64,000 nt of DNA from an uncultured Lachnospiraceae bacterium. Lineage in GTDB: Bacteria > Bacillota > Clostridia > Lachnospirales > Lachnospiraceae. This document shows positions 28,204 to 37,338 of the stretch, piece by piece. Below the pieces are notes generated by a model. That model had not been told where the DNA came from, did not search any database, and was given only the letters and a program-made list of their open reading frames with translations. The translations under genes were made by a program, and so were the position numbers. The DNA lies in assembly GCA_900314255.1 (NCBI GenBank), contig OMUP01000020.1:1938-65937 (forward strand), given 5' to 3'. Position 1 is the first letter of the stretch; each line of letters starts with the position of its first letter.

Positions 28204-30049
28204 CGTTTGATTCCTTCCTTATGTGTCCTTCCAGAATACAGATACTGCGCGGCGGAACTGTGAGCTTTCGCTGGTCTTCTGATATCTCCGGCATCTCATG
28301 TCCGCTGTCAGAAATGACTATCCGCCAGCCCTGACTTCTGTCTGCATCCGGAAGTGCGGCATCCCATGGTTCCCAGTACATGTTAAGTGCCGCATAAAGA
28401 AGCGCGTCCGAATCCGGATCTGCATATGTCTCGCAGAACATCAGACCGATCTGGCGCACAGATTCGTCCGTCCTCGTAAACCAGGCGTTTTCGCCGTGCA
28501 GCGAAAAATCCGGACATCCGATCGCCAGCGTATCGCTGCCGGACAGCGGTGCGTCCATATGCAGAATCTTGTGCGCTTTCCGGAGAGCAACCGCCTCGCG
28601 CGTAAAACGCAGCATCCGCGTCGCATCGGCTCCCTTGTTCCAGTTCACCCACGAAACTTCGCTGTCGATATCATAGGGATTGTTGTTTCCGTCCTGTGAA
28701 TTTAAAAACTCATCCCCGGCCCGAAGCAGCGGTGCTCCCTGCATAAGCATCAGAAGCAGGACAGCATTTTCCCGCATCTGCCTCCGAAGCGTCAGAACGG
28801 AACGTTTTCTCGTCGGACCTTCCACGCCGCAGTTCCAGCTGTAATTCTCCGCCTCTCCGCCATTCTCATTGTGTTTGTGATCGTAGGAATACAAATCCGC
28901 CAGCGTAAAACCGTCGTGACTTGTGACGCTGTTGATTCTGGCACATCTCTCCGGAAAATCCCGGATGATGCCAATCAGCGGCCGGATCTGGCCGTCGTCT
29001 CCCTTCAGAAAACGGCGCATCACCTGCCGGCATCCGTCATTGTATGAAGCAACATGGCGGTTTTTCGGCATAGTCCTGTCCCACCACACCGTGATGAGCT
29101 TCGTATCCGCCAGATACGGATCCGCGACAGCCGCTGCCAGCGTCTCCTGTGAGGCATACAGATGAAATCCGTCCACATGATAACTGTCCACCCAGTAATG
29201 CAGGCAGTCCAGAACCATCCCCGGCTCTTCATCCGCAAAGTACATCTCCAGAATGACTTCGAGCCCCGCCTTGTGCATCCGGCGCACCATCGTCCGAAAT
29301 TCATCGGTGTAGTGCTCGCTCTTGTCGGCGCAGTACGCCGCCTTCGGCGCAAAATATCCGAACGCCGGCACATAGCCCCAGAAATTCAGCTGTGGCTTTT
29401 CCTGCTGCACCCCGGCAAGGTTCTTTTGCAAACCACCTGAAGTCAGCCGGCGGCATTCGTCAAATTCATACGCCGGCATCAGTTCAACCGCCGTCACGCC
29501 GAGTGACACGATGTGCGGAATCTTTCTGATCAGACCGGCAAAAGTCCCTCTCTCTTCCTCCGGGACGCCGGAAGTCTCTGACTTCGTGAAGCCGCGCACA
29601 TGCAGTTTGTAAAAAACACTGTCGTCAAATGGTGTCCGCGGATGGCGGTCGCCCTTCCAGTCAAAAGTCTCCGGATCTTTTAGAAATGACAGGCTGCTGG
29701 TCACCGTGCCGCTTTCCGCTTCCCCGAAACAGCTGCATCCCGTAAAGCTGGTCCCGTACGGATCCGGAACAATATTTCCGTCGACCTCATAGGCATACCG
29801 GCATGCGGAAAGCTCCGGATCGCGTATGCGGATACAGCTGTATGTTCCCTGCTTAATATGGCTGTCAAGACGAATCCGGCAGAACGGCTTCTCCTCATCC
29901 CGGCGGAAAAGAAGAAGATACGCCGGGGTTTCCGGGCGCCACCTTCGCGCCTGCCGGTATTCAGAAGGAAGCGCAAAGCCGAACATCGCACCGTCTTCTG
30001 TCTTTCTCACCCCTCTGAATGCATGATATTTGTCTGAGTCAGTTTCCAT
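28166..30049 (-). CDS. glgX: glycogen debranching enzyme / isoamylase-type GH13 glycosidase
   Basis: 627 aa; N-terminal CBM48-like region, GH13 blocks (GVTAVELMP, VDGFHLY, EGPT, VTSHDGFTL). Confidence 0.85.
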   Translation of the reverse strand: METDSDKYHAFRGVRKTEDGAMFGFALPSEYRQARRWRPETPAYLLLFRRDEEKPFCRIRLDSHIKQGTYSCIRIRDPELSACRYAYEVDGNIVPDPYGTSFTGCSCFGEAESGTVTSSLSFLKDPETFDWKGDRHPRTPFDDSVFYKLHVRGFTKSETSGVPEEERGTFAGLIRKIPHIVSLGVTAVELMPAYEFDECRRLTSGGLQKNLAGVQQEKPQLNFWGYVPAFGYFAPKAAYCADKSEHYTDEFRTMVRRMHKAGLEVILEMYFADEEPGMVLDCLHYWVDSYHVDGFHLYASQETLAAAVADPYLADTKLITVWWDRTMPKNRHVASYNDGCRQVMRRFLKGDDGQIRPLIGIIRDFPERCARINSVTSHDGFTLADLYSYDHKHNENGGEAENYSWNCGVEGPTRKRSVLTLRRQMRENAVLLLMLMQGAPLLRAGDEFLNSQDGNNNPYDIDSEVSWVNWNKGADATRMLRFTREAVALRKAHKILHMDAPLSGSDTLAIGCPDFSLHGENAWFTRTDESVRQIGLMFCETYADPDSDALLYAALNMYWEPWDAALPDADRSQGWRIVISDSGHEMPEISEDQRKLTVPPRSICILEGHIRKESNGGRNTGDGQKDR

Positions 30050-30118
30050 ACCTGCCCTTCCTGATCGTCATCCCCTGGAAATCCAGCCGTAACGCTCTGT
30101 CAGCATTAAATTATAGAT

Positions 30119-30146
30119 ATTATACCATTTTCCGGCGCTGCTTCAA
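30119..30146 (-). promoter_or_regulatory. sigma-A type promoter for the glgX operon
   Basis: The reverse strand reads TTGAAG-16 nt-TATAAT with an extended -10 (TGGTATAAT). The -35 overlaps the stop codon of the radical SAM gene. Confidence 0.55.
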
Positions 30147-31072
30147 AGCGATGTGCCGAGTCCTTCTCCGTTCCAGTCCGGGATAAAGCTTTCTTTCTGG
30201 GTCGGTCCTTCCTGAATGAACGCACGCGTTACGCCCAGATCCAGAACAAAGTCAAGGAACCGCTCATATTCGCGCTTCGTCACGCGCCGGGAAAGCTCCT
30301 CAGGCAGTTTCAGGCCCTGAATCGGTGTGTACTGGTTCATCAGAGAGAAATAGATATCGTCTCCGAACGCGTCATAGAGCAGCTTCACGCCCTGACACGC
30401 TTCCTTCACGTGCCCCGGAAGAAGAAGGTGCCGCACGATAACGCCTTTCTTCAAAATCCCCGGCTCGACGCCGCACTTCTCTGCTTCTTCTTCGCAAAAG
30501 AACTCACAAGGCCCCGCCTGCTTCACCATCTGTGTGATTGCCTCGAATGCAGTCTTTGGATAGTCGGGTGCACCGGAATACGCGCGCGCCGTCTCTTCGG
30601 AAACATATTTGAAATCCGGCAGATAGCAGGTCACGAGCCCGGACAGCTCCTCAATCGTCCCGACTGACTCATAGGACGACGTATTGTAGACAAACGGAAT
30701 CGTAAGGCCCTGTGACACAGCTTTCCCCGCCGCCTCCGCCACCTGAGGCACAAACTGTGTCGCCGTCACCAGATTGATATTATTGGCGCCCTGCTTCATC
30801 AGGCCGAGAAACGCAGCAGCCAGCCCGTTTGTGCTCACTTTCACGCCGGCATCTCTGCCTGCTGAAATCCTGTAATTCTGACAGTACACACAGTGCAGCG
30901 GGCAGCCGGAGAAAAAGACAGCGCCGCTGCCGCGTCTGCCGGAGATGCATGGCTCTTCCCACGCATACAGGGCAGCCCTGCCGGCCATCACTTCGGCACT
31001 TTCCCCGCAGTATCCCCGTTCTCCGTTTTCCCTGTCCGCATTACAGTGCCTCGGGCACAAATTACAGCTCAT
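30143..31072 (-). CDS. radical SAM protein (PflX / pyruvate formate-lyase activase-like family)
   Basis: CPLHCVYCQN is a CxxxCxxC radical SAM cluster motif. There is an additional N-terminal Cys cluster, MSCNLCPRHC. Confidence 0.75.
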   Translation of the reverse strand: MSCNLCPRHCNADRENGERGYCGESAEVMAGRAALYAWEEPCISGRRGSGAVFFSGCPLHCVYCQNYRISAGRDAGVKVSTNGLAAAFLGLMKQGANNINLVTATQFVPQVAEAAGKAVSQGLTIPFVYNTSSYESVGTIEELSGLVTCYLPDFKYVSEETARAYSGAPDYPKTAFEAITQMVKQAGPCEFFCEEEAEKCGVEPGILKKGVIVRHLLLPGHVKEACQGVKLLYDAFGDDIYFSLMNQYTPIQGLKLPEELSRRVTKREYERFLDFVLDLGVTRAFIQEGPTQKESFIPDWNGEGLGTSL

Positions 31073-31125
31073 GCCGTGCTCCTCTCCCTGCCGGCCGCAT
31101 CAGGCCGCCGTTCAAATAAGAATCA

Positions 31126-31140
31126 AATTGTCATTGACAA
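31126..31140. promoter_or_regulatory. perfect 7-1-7 palindrome ATTGTCA-T-TGACAAT overlapping the tRNA promoter -35
   Basis: Read directly from the divergent region between the radical SAM gene and the tRNA genes. Confidence 0.35.
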
Positions 31141-31162
31141 TGATCGCAATTTCTTGTATATT
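31133..31162 (+). promoter_or_regulatory. sigma-A type promoter for tRNA-Thr/tRNA-Gly
   Basis: TTGACA-18 nt-TATATT, ending 14 nt before the mature tRNA-Thr 5' end. Confidence 0.6.
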
Positions 31163-31176
31163 AGTCAAGTCGACGT

Positions 31177-31249
31177 GCTACTGTGGCTCAGTTGGTAGAG
31201 CAGCTGATTCGTAATCAGCAGGTCACCGGTTCAAGTCCGGTCAGTAGCT
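31177..31249 (+). tRNA. tRNA-Thr (anticodon CGT)
   Basis: Hand-folded cloverleaf: acceptor GCTACTG/CAGTAGC, D arm GCTC/GAGC, anticodon stem GCTGA/TCAGC with loop TTCGTAA, T arm ACCGG-TTCAAGT-CCGGT. No encoded CCA. Confidence 0.9.
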
Positions 31250-31259
31250 TTTTATTTAT

Positions 31260-31330
31260 GCAGATGTAGTTCATCGGTAGAATGCTAGCTTCCCAAGCTG
31301 GAGAGGCGGGTTCGACTCCCGTTATCTGCT
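31260..31330 (+). tRNA. tRNA-Gly (anticodon CCC)
   Basis: Hand-folded cloverleaf: acceptor GCAGATG/TATCTGC (one G-U pair), anticodon stem CTAGC/GCTGG with loop TTCCCAA, T arm GCGGG-TTCGACT-CCCGT. No encoded CCA. Confidence 0.85.
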
Positions 31331-31358
31331 TATCGATTATTTTTCATTCAGGTGTCGG

Positions 31359-31898
31359 ATGATTTCCCTTGAAGTACAGAATATTCGTATATTCATGAGC
31401 AAGCTGCTTATGAAGAGTGATTTTGACCGTTTTTTTCTGGTTGAAGCTTCTGTTTCTGCGTTCTGCAATTTTGAAATTTCCGGCCGCACAAACGCCGCAT
31501 GGTTTGCGCCAGCCTCCGCAGACTCTGCAGCTTCTGCGTCAAAAGGCGTTCCTGTCATTTCCCCTTATGTGTCATGGGAGAAAATCCGCCCGCATGTGTT
31601 TCAGGTCATCCGCGGCGGACGCACGCCGCTTCGGATGAAAATCATCCTGGCCTGCACGCCGGCACAGATCGCGGCGATCTTAAAAAGCAGTCCGGAATGC
31701 GCTTCTCTTTCCCCGGACACGGTAAGCGGTATGTTTCTGAACATTGCCTTTGACAAGAACGGACTTGTTCTCACGACCGGAACGGCGATGAAAACATTCA
31801 CCATGGACCGCTCCGCCGAGAAAGCATTTGACAAGACAATGAGCTCTTTTCTTGGTGAAATCGGCATCAATTTCAATACTAGCACTCAGCTTGAATGA
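31359..31898 (+). CDS. hypothetical 179-aa protein directly upstream of htpG
   Basis: AGGTG RBS 5 nt upstream of the ATG; no motif I recognise. From memory, similar Lachnospiraceae proteins carry a DUF label (unverified). Its last codons lie inside the htpG CIRCE element. Confidence 0.55.
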   Translation: MISLEVQNIRIFMSKLLMKSDFDRFFLVEASVSAFCNFEISGRTNAAWFAPASADSAASASKGVPVISPYVSWEKIRPHVFQVIRGGRTPLRMKIILACTPAQIAAILKSSPECASLSPDTVSGMFLNIAFDKNGLVLTTGTAMKTFTMDRSAEKAFDKTMSSFLGEIGINFNTSTQLE

Positions 31899-31905
31899 GT
31901 GCTAA
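31879..31905. promoter_or_regulatory. CIRCE operator (HrcA binding site) upstream of htpG
   Basis: CTAGCACTC-AGCTTGAAT-GAGTGCTAA versus TTAGCACTC-N9-GAGTGCTAA: one mismatch. It is followed by TTGACT-17 nt-TACAGT and then htpG. Confidence 0.8.
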
Positions 31906-31969
31906 TTTTTCTTGACTTCTCTCCGGCCCCGTACTACAGTAGGGATTATACGGAAAGGAGTACTCATCT

Positions 31970-33967
31970 ATGGCAGAAAAACATGGCAGTCTCACGATCA
32001 ACAGTGAGAACATTTTCCCTATTATCAAAAAATGGATGTATTCAGATCAGGACATTTTCTTCCGGGAACTGGTCAGCAACGGATCTGATGCCATCACAAA
32101 GCTGCGTCAGCTCGCTCTGATGGGCGACTACACACAGCCGGACGATATTGAATACAAGATCGAGGTCAAAGTAAGCAGCAAGAACAAGACCATCCGCTTC
32201 ATCGATAATGGCCTCGGCATGACCGCCGACGAGGTTGACAAGTACATCAACCAGATCGCTTTCTCCGGCGCCAAAGAATTCCTGGACAAGTTCAAGGACA
32301 AGGGCGGAGCTGACCAGATCATCGGCCACTTCGGTCTCGGCTTCTACTCCGCGTTCATGGTCGCCGACCGCGTGACCATCGACACGAAATCCTGGGAAAA
32401 GGACAGCGCGCCGGTTCTCTGGAGCTGCGACGGCGGAACGGATTTCATGATGACAGACGGCTCCCGCACGGAAACCGGCACAACCATCACGCTGTTCCTC
32501 AATGACGAGAGCGTGAAGTATGCGAACTACTACACCGCCGAGGAGATTCTCCACAAGTACTGCGAGTTCATGCCCAATCCGATCTATCTGACCGATGAGG
32601 ATCTCGGACAGCAGACCGAGGACATCCCGGAAGAAGAGATCACTGAAAAGGATACCGTCATCAAAAAGTTCACGAAGCCGGCTGTGACCGAGGAAAAGAA
32701 GAAGGACGACGGGACGACGGAAACGGTTGAGAAAGAGCCGGAAAAAAAGATGGCCACCATCGTCAAGAGACCGGTTATGCTCAATGACACGCATCCGCTC
32801 TGGACGAAAAGCCCCAGCACATGCACGAAGGAGGAGTACATCTCCTTCTATCAGAAGGTCTTTAGTGACTACCGGGAGCCGCTGTTCTGGATTCATCTGA
32901 ATATGGACTATCCGTTCACGCTCAAAGGCATCCTCTACTTCCCGAAGCTCAATCCGCACATCGACAAGCTGGAAGGCACCATCAAGCTGTACAACAACCA
33001 GGTATTTGTCGCGGATAACATAAAGGAAGTTATCCCGGAATACCTGATGCTGCTCAAGGGCGTCATCGACTGCCCGGATCTGCCGCTGAACGTCAGCCGC
33101 TCGGCGCTGCAGAACGACGGATTTGTCCAGAAGGTTTCCGGCTACATCACCAAGAAGGTTGCCGAGAAGCTCACCGGTATGTTCAAGACGCAGCGCGATG
33201 ACTACAACAAGTACTGGAATGACATCAATCCGTTCATCAAGTACGGCGTAATGCGCGACGAGAAGTTCTACGACCGGATGAAGGATGCTCTCATCTTCCG
33301 CAATCTCGACGGCAAGTATCTGACGCTCAAAGAGTGCATCGACGAGAACAAGGAGAAGCACCCGAACACGATCTATTACTACACCGACGAAAAGGAACAG
33401 AGTCAGTACATCAACATGTTCAAGAACTCCGGAATCGATGCAGTGTGCTTGGATCAGTCCATCGATTCCCCGTACATCTCTTTCCTGGAGAGCAAAAACA
33501 AGGATCTGCATTTCATGCGGCTTGACGCGCAGGTTTCCGAGGCCTTCCGCGACAGCAGCGTAAAGGAAGAGGATCTCAAAGCCGATACGGACAGCCTCAC
33601 GAAGATTTTCCGCGATGCTCTGAAAAACGACAAGCTGAACGTAAAGGTCGAGAAGCTCACCGATCCGTCCGTCTCCGCCCTGATCGCGCTCGACGAGCAG
33701 GATCACCGGATGCAGGAAATGATGAAGATGTACGCCGCATATGGCGAGAGCATGCCGTTTACCGGAAAGGAACAGGAGACGCTGGTGCTCAATGCCGGAA
33801 ATGATCTGGTGCAGCATATCCTCAAAGCGCCGGATTCTGAGGATACGCCGGTTCTCTGCCGTCAGCTCTATGATCTGGCGCGCCTTTCGCACGGCACTCT
33901 GGAGCCTGACGAGATGACCGAGTTTATCCGGCGCAGCAACGATATTCTCCGCCGGCTTGCAAAATAA
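31970..33967 (+). CDS. htpG: molecular chaperone HtpG (Hsp90)
   Basis: 665 aa; FRELVSNGSDAITKLR (GHKL N-box), IGHFGLGFYSAFMVAD, LNVSRSALQ. Confidence 0.95.
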   Translation: MAEKHGSLTINSENIFPIIKKWMYSDQDIFFRELVSNGSDAITKLRQLALMGDYTQPDDIEYKIEVKVSSKNKTIRFIDNGLGMTADEVDKYINQIAFSGAKEFLDKFKDKGGADQIIGHFGLGFYSAFMVADRVTIDTKSWEKDSAPVLWSCDGGTDFMMTDGSRTETGTTITLFLNDESVKYANYYTAEEILHKYCEFMPNPIYLTDEDLGQQTEDIPEEEITEKDTVIKKFTKPAVTEEKKKDDGTTETVEKEPEKKMATIVKRPVMLNDTHPLWTKSPSTCTKEEYISFYQKVFSDYREPLFWIHLNMDYPFTLKGILYFPKLNPHIDKLEGTIKLYNNQVFVADNIKEVIPEYLMLLKGVIDCPDLPLNVSRSALQNDGFVQKVSGYITKKVAEKLTGMFKTQRDDYNKYWNDINPFIKYGVMRDEKFYDRMKDALIFRNLDGKYLTLKECIDENKEKHPNTIYYYTDEKEQSQYINMFKNSGIDAVCLDQSIDSPYISFLESKNKDLHFMRLDAQVSEAFRDSSVKEEDLKADTDSLTKIFRDALKNDKLNVKVEKLTDPSVSALIALDEQDHRMQEMMKMYAAYGESMPFTGKEQETLVLNAGNDLVQHILKAPDSEDTPVLCRQLYDLARLSHGTLEPDEMTEFIRRSNDILRRLAK

Positions 33968-34007
33968 GACCGCAGTAGGTATCCTGTAGTAGGCAGGAGA
34001 AATGAGC

Positions 34008-34040
34008 AGAGGCTCTTCTTTGCGAAGAGCCTCTTTTCTT
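34008..34040 (+). terminator. intrinsic terminator of htpG
   Basis: AGAGGCTCTTC-TTTGC-GAAGAGCCTCT followed by TTTCTT, an 11-bp perfect stem. Confidence 0.8.
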
Positions 34041-34056
34041 GTATACCGGGGAAGAA

Positions 34057-34761
34057 ATGGAAAAACTCGACATCACAGATCTGGATACCAGGCCGTCAAA
34101 AAGCCGGAAACGAAAAGCGAAACGTGTAAAAGGGACCGTCACCGTGCGCAAAGTAACCCGGCGCCAGAAAAAAATCTCGGAGCGGCGCCAGAAGCACCCG
34201 GTTCTCTTTGCAGTTCTTGACAATCTTGAAGTTGTAGGCATCGCGCTGGCGATATCCGTGTTTCTGCTCGAATTTGTCATCATCAATGCCCGGGTTCCGT
34301 CCGGATCGATGATAAGTACCATCGGGGTCGGCGACCGGCTGATCGGATTCCGGCTGGCCTACGTCGCCGAGGAGCCGCAGCGCGGTGATGTGATTATCTT
34401 CCGCTATCCGGACGACGAGAGCCAGCGGTTCATCAAGCGGATCATCGGTCTTCCGGGCGATACGGTAGAAATCCGGCAGAACGCCGAGAATCCGGAACTG
34501 GCCGACGTCTGTGTGAATGGAGAAAAGCTCGATGAGCCCTATCTTGCCGAGCCGATGCTTTATGATCCGGTTGAAGGCGGAAAGCACACCTTTACCGTCC
34601 CCGAGAATTCGTACCTCGTGTTCGGTGACAACCGGAATCATTCAAACGATGCGAGATTCTGGACCAACACATACGTCACAAAAGATGAAATCCTGGCAAA
34701 GGCCATCTTCCGCTATTTCAGCGGAACGACGCACTTCCTGTCTTTCAAAATGATCCAATAA
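34057..34761 (+). CDS. lepB: signal peptidase I
   Basis: PSGSMISTI (catalytic Ser), RGDVIIFRYP, KRIIGLPGD (catalytic Lys), GDNRNHSNDARFW. ATG at 34057 was chosen because the TTG at 34039 lies inside the htpG terminator. Confidence 0.9.
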   Translation: MEKLDITDLDTRPSKSRKRKAKRVKGTVTVRKVTRRQKKISERRQKHPVLFAVLDNLEVVGIALAISVFLLEFVIINARVPSGSMISTIGVGDRLIGFRLAYVAEEPQRGDVIIFRYPDDESQRFIKRIIGLPGDTVEIRQNAENPELADVCVNGEKLDEPYLAEPMLYDPVEGGKHTFTVPENSYLVFGDNRNHSNDARFWTNTYVTKDEILAKAIFRYFSGTTHFLSFKMIQ

Positions 34762-34765
34762 AAAT

Positions 34766-34798
34766 GCCACCGCACAATTCCGTGCGATGGCTTTTTTT
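34766..34798. terminator. bidirectional terminator between lepB (+) and efp (-)
   Basis: GCCACCGCAC-AATTCC-GTGCGATGGC, flanked by AAAAA on the left and TTTTTTT on the right. Confidence 0.75.
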
Positions 34799-34822
34799 GA
34801 TGTGTTTGTAAAAGCAGATTCT

Positions 34823-35380
34823 TTAGACGCGGGAAAGATACTCGCCTGTTCTGGTGTCGATCTTGATCTTGTCGCCTTCGTTAACGAAAAGCGGAACCAT
34901 AACCTCAGCGCCCGTCTCAACGGTAGCCGGCTTTGTGGCGTTGGTCGCCGTGTTGCCCTTTACGCCCGGCTCAGTCGCTGTGATCTCAAGCTCTACGAAA
35001 AGCGGCGGCTCAATTGCGAATACATCGCCGTTGTGGCTGTCGAGCTTCACGACATCGTTCTCCTTGACAAATTTCAGAGAATCGCCGACTGTGTCCTTGG
35101 AGAGTGCAATCTGCTCATAGGTCTCTGTATCCATGAAGTTGTACAGATCGCCGTCCTGATACAGATATGTATAGTCACGCTTGTCAATATGCGCTGTAGG
35201 AAGCTTCTCAGTCGGACGGAACGTCTTCTCGACAACACCTCCTGTGATGATGTTCTTCAGTTTTGTTCTTACAAACGGTGAGCCCTTGCCCGGTTTTACA
35301 TGCTGGAATTCGATGATCTGCCAGATGCCGCCGTCCATTTCGACTGTGATGCCGTTCTTAAAATCTCCTGCTGCTACCAT
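34823..35380 (-). CDS. efp: translation elongation factor P
   Basis: 185 aa; [19 protein letters not shown] (conserved Lys loop), three OB-like domains. Confidence 0.96.
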   Translation of the reverse strand: MVAAGDFKNGITVEMDGGIWQIIEFQHVKPGKGSPFVRTKLKNIITGGVVEKTFRPTEKLPTAHIDKRDYTYLYQDGDLYNFMDTETYEQIALSKDTVGDSLKFVKENDVVKLDSHNGDVFAIEPPLFVELEITATEPGVKGNTATNATKPATVETGAEVMVPLFVNEGDKIKIDTRTGEYLSRV

Positions 35381-35447
35381 ATCTGCAGTTCCTCCTTAAC
35401 ATACTTTCTTAATTTTATAATATCTGGCACCCTCGCGCAAGTGTCCG

Positions 35448-35894
35448 TCAGCCATTTTTTCGACTTTCTGCCACAAGCGCTTCCATTGCCAGCAGGTATC
35501 CGTTCAGGCCCAGCCCCACGACCTGTCCGAGGCACGCAGGTGCCGTGACGGATACATGGCGGAAGTCCTCTCTCTTGTGCACATTTGAAATGTGGACCTC
35601 AATGACCGGAATCGGCGCAATCGATCCGATCGCATCGCGCAGCGCGTAGCTGTAGTGTGTATACGCGCCCGGATTGAAGACAATACCGTCTACGCCTTCG
35701 CGGTACGCCTCCTGCAGCCTGTCGATCAGCTCTCCTTCGCCATTGCTCTGAAACAGTTCAACTGTGACGCCGAGTTCCTCTGCCTTGTCCCGGATCATTT
35801 TCTCCAGCGTTTCAAAAGATTCCGTTCCATAGATTCCCTTCTCCCGGATCCCCAGGAAATTTATATTCGGCCCGTTCATGACCAGCAGTTTCAT
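35448..35894 (-). CDS. aroQ: type II 3-dehydroquinate dehydratase
   Basis: MKLLVMNGPNINFLGIREKGIYG...NPGAYTHYSYALRDA...EVHISN. Confidence 0.93.
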   Translation of the reverse strand: MKLLVMNGPNINFLGIREKGIYGTESFETLEKMIRDKAEELGVTVELFQSNGEGELIDRLQEAYREGVDGIVFNPGAYTHYSYALRDAIGSIAPIPVIEVHISNVHKREDFRHVSVTAPACLGQVVGLGLNGYLLAMEALVAESRKNG

Positions 35895-36424
35895 ACCTTT
35901 CTCTCCTCCTGCATTATTTCAAGAATCTGTCTGGCTGTCTGCTCCGGCGTCTGCCCTTCGGTGTCAAGGACTGTATCAGCAGCGGCCATATAGTGCGCCT
36001 CCCGCTGATCCATCAGCCGGAGGATGTGCTGCATCAGCTCTTCTCCGCTCTTCCCCTCCAGAACCGGACGGCTTCCGTCATTCTGCAGTCTTGAGCACAA
36101 AACAGCTGCCGGCGCTTTCAGATAAAAACAATGCCCGGCTTTCTTCATCAGGCCGCGGTTGATTTCCTTAAGCGGCAGTCCGCCGCCGACTGAAATGACG
36201 CTGTCTAAAGAGCCGGAAGCGGCGATTCTTTCCATCGTCTCCGTCTCCATCTGTCGGAACACGCTCTCACCGTCCTGTCTGAAAATATCGGCGATCGCCC
36301 TTCCGTCCTGCCGCACAATCTCGGCATCCGTGTCGATCATTGTCAGTCCTGCGATGCGGTGCAGTTCTTCTGCGACCGTCGTCTTCCCGGCCCCCATGAA
36401 CCCCAGCAGTACAATGTTTCTCAT
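35891..36424 (-). CDS. aroK: shikimate kinase
   Basis: LLGFMGAGKTTV Walker A, DTDAEI, VISVGGG. ATGA overlap with aroQ. Confidence 0.88.
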   Translation of the reverse strand: MRNIVLLGFMGAGKTTVAEELHRIAGLTMIDTDAEIVRQDGRAIADIFRQDGESVFRQMETETMERIAASGSLDSVISVGGGLPLKEINRGLMKKAGHCFYLKAPAAVLCSRLQNDGSRPVLEGKSGEELMQHILRLMDQREAHYMAAADTVLDTEGQTPEQTARQILEIMQEERKV

Positions 36425-37314
36425 TTTCTTCTGTCCGCCATTTCCTTCTGCATGGCAGCATATACTTCTGCTGCGGCTTCTTCCGTGACTGTCGTTTCTG
36501 TCCAGAGTTCAAATGAGGCGATGCCCTGATACAGGAGCATGAGAAGACCATTGACAGCCGGATGGCCAGCCTCTTTCATATTTTTCATAAAGCAGGTTTC
36601 TTCCGGATTGTAGATGATATCAATTCCGGCAGACGCGTTTTCAAAGAAATCAGGATGATCAACCGGACAGCTTTCTATGTCCGGATACAGTCCGACCGAA
36701 GTTGCCTGGACAGCGAGATAGCCGCTGCCGGCAAGCAATTTAAGTCTGCCCGCGTCAGAGCATACATCCATCCCCGCAGGGATGACAAGCTCTTTTCCGG
36801 CCCAGTCATTTACCGCCTGAGCGATCAGTCGTGCCTTTTCTTCCGTGCGGTTGGCAATCACAATGCGCTCCGCTCCTTCTTTGGCAAGACTGAAGCAGAC
36901 ACCGCGGGACGCGCCGCCTGCTCCGATCACGACGGCACTGGCCCCGCGCAGCGAAATGCCGGAAAGTTCCGCTTCTCTTGCAAAGCCTTCCACGTCCGTG
37001 TTGTATCCGGTGAAACCTTTATCTGTTCTCACCAGCGTATTGACAGCGCCGATGGCATCAGCCAGCGGATCAACTCTCGTCAGCACTTCCCGCACACTCT
37101 GTTTGTGCGGCACAGTCACGTTGAGCCCCTGGATTCCCAGCGCCAGCGCTCCTTTTACTGCCTCAGGCACATCGTCTCCCGCGACCGGAAAACAGACATA
37201 TGTCATGTCCAGACCCATCTTCTCAGCCAGCATATTATGGATGAGCGGCGAGATCGAGTGTGCCACCGGATTTCCGATCAGACCGTAGACGGCCGTTGTT
37301 CCCTTGATTTCCAT
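36421..37314 (-). CDS. aroE: shikimate dehydrogenase
   Basis: GLIGNPVAHSISPLIHN, NVTVPHK, GYNTD, VIGAGGASRG. Confidence 0.9.
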   Translation of the reverse strand: MEIKGTTAVYGLIGNPVAHSISPLIHNMLAEKMGLDMTYVCFPVAGDDVPEAVKGALALGIQGLNVTVPHKQSVREVLTRVDPLADAIGAVNTLVRTDKGFTGYNTDVEGFAREAELSGISLRGASAVVIGAGGASRGVCFSLAKEGAERIVIANRTEEKARLIAQAVNDWAGKELVIPAGMDVCSDAGRLKLLAGSGYLAVQATSVGLYPDIESCPVDHPDFFENASAGIDIIYNPEETCFMKNMKEAGHPAVNGLLMLLYQGIASFELWTETTVTEEAAAEVYAAMQKEMADRRK

Positions 37315-37338
37315 TTTCCTCAAAAATCCCCGTTTCGT

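Noticed and set aside
31177-31330. tRNA genes as a possible integration hotspot or island boundary
   Set aside because: There is no integrase, no direct repeat of the tRNA 3' end, and no compositional shift on either side. The flanking genes are housekeeping genes.
32042-33892. 616-aa minus-strand ORF antisense to htpG
   Set aside because: It overlaps htpG entirely. The htpG translation has unmistakable Hsp90 motifs, while the antisense product is Arg/Leu/Val-rich nonsense with no start context. The same reasoning applies to 4713-5894, 6329-7333, 9719-10825, 10773-11657, 12145-13200, 18272-19726, 21514-22431, 23300-24511, 36562-37950, 44632-45732, 46716-47336, 47965-49269, 49946-51004, 52563-53330, 58399-59085 and 63161-63805.
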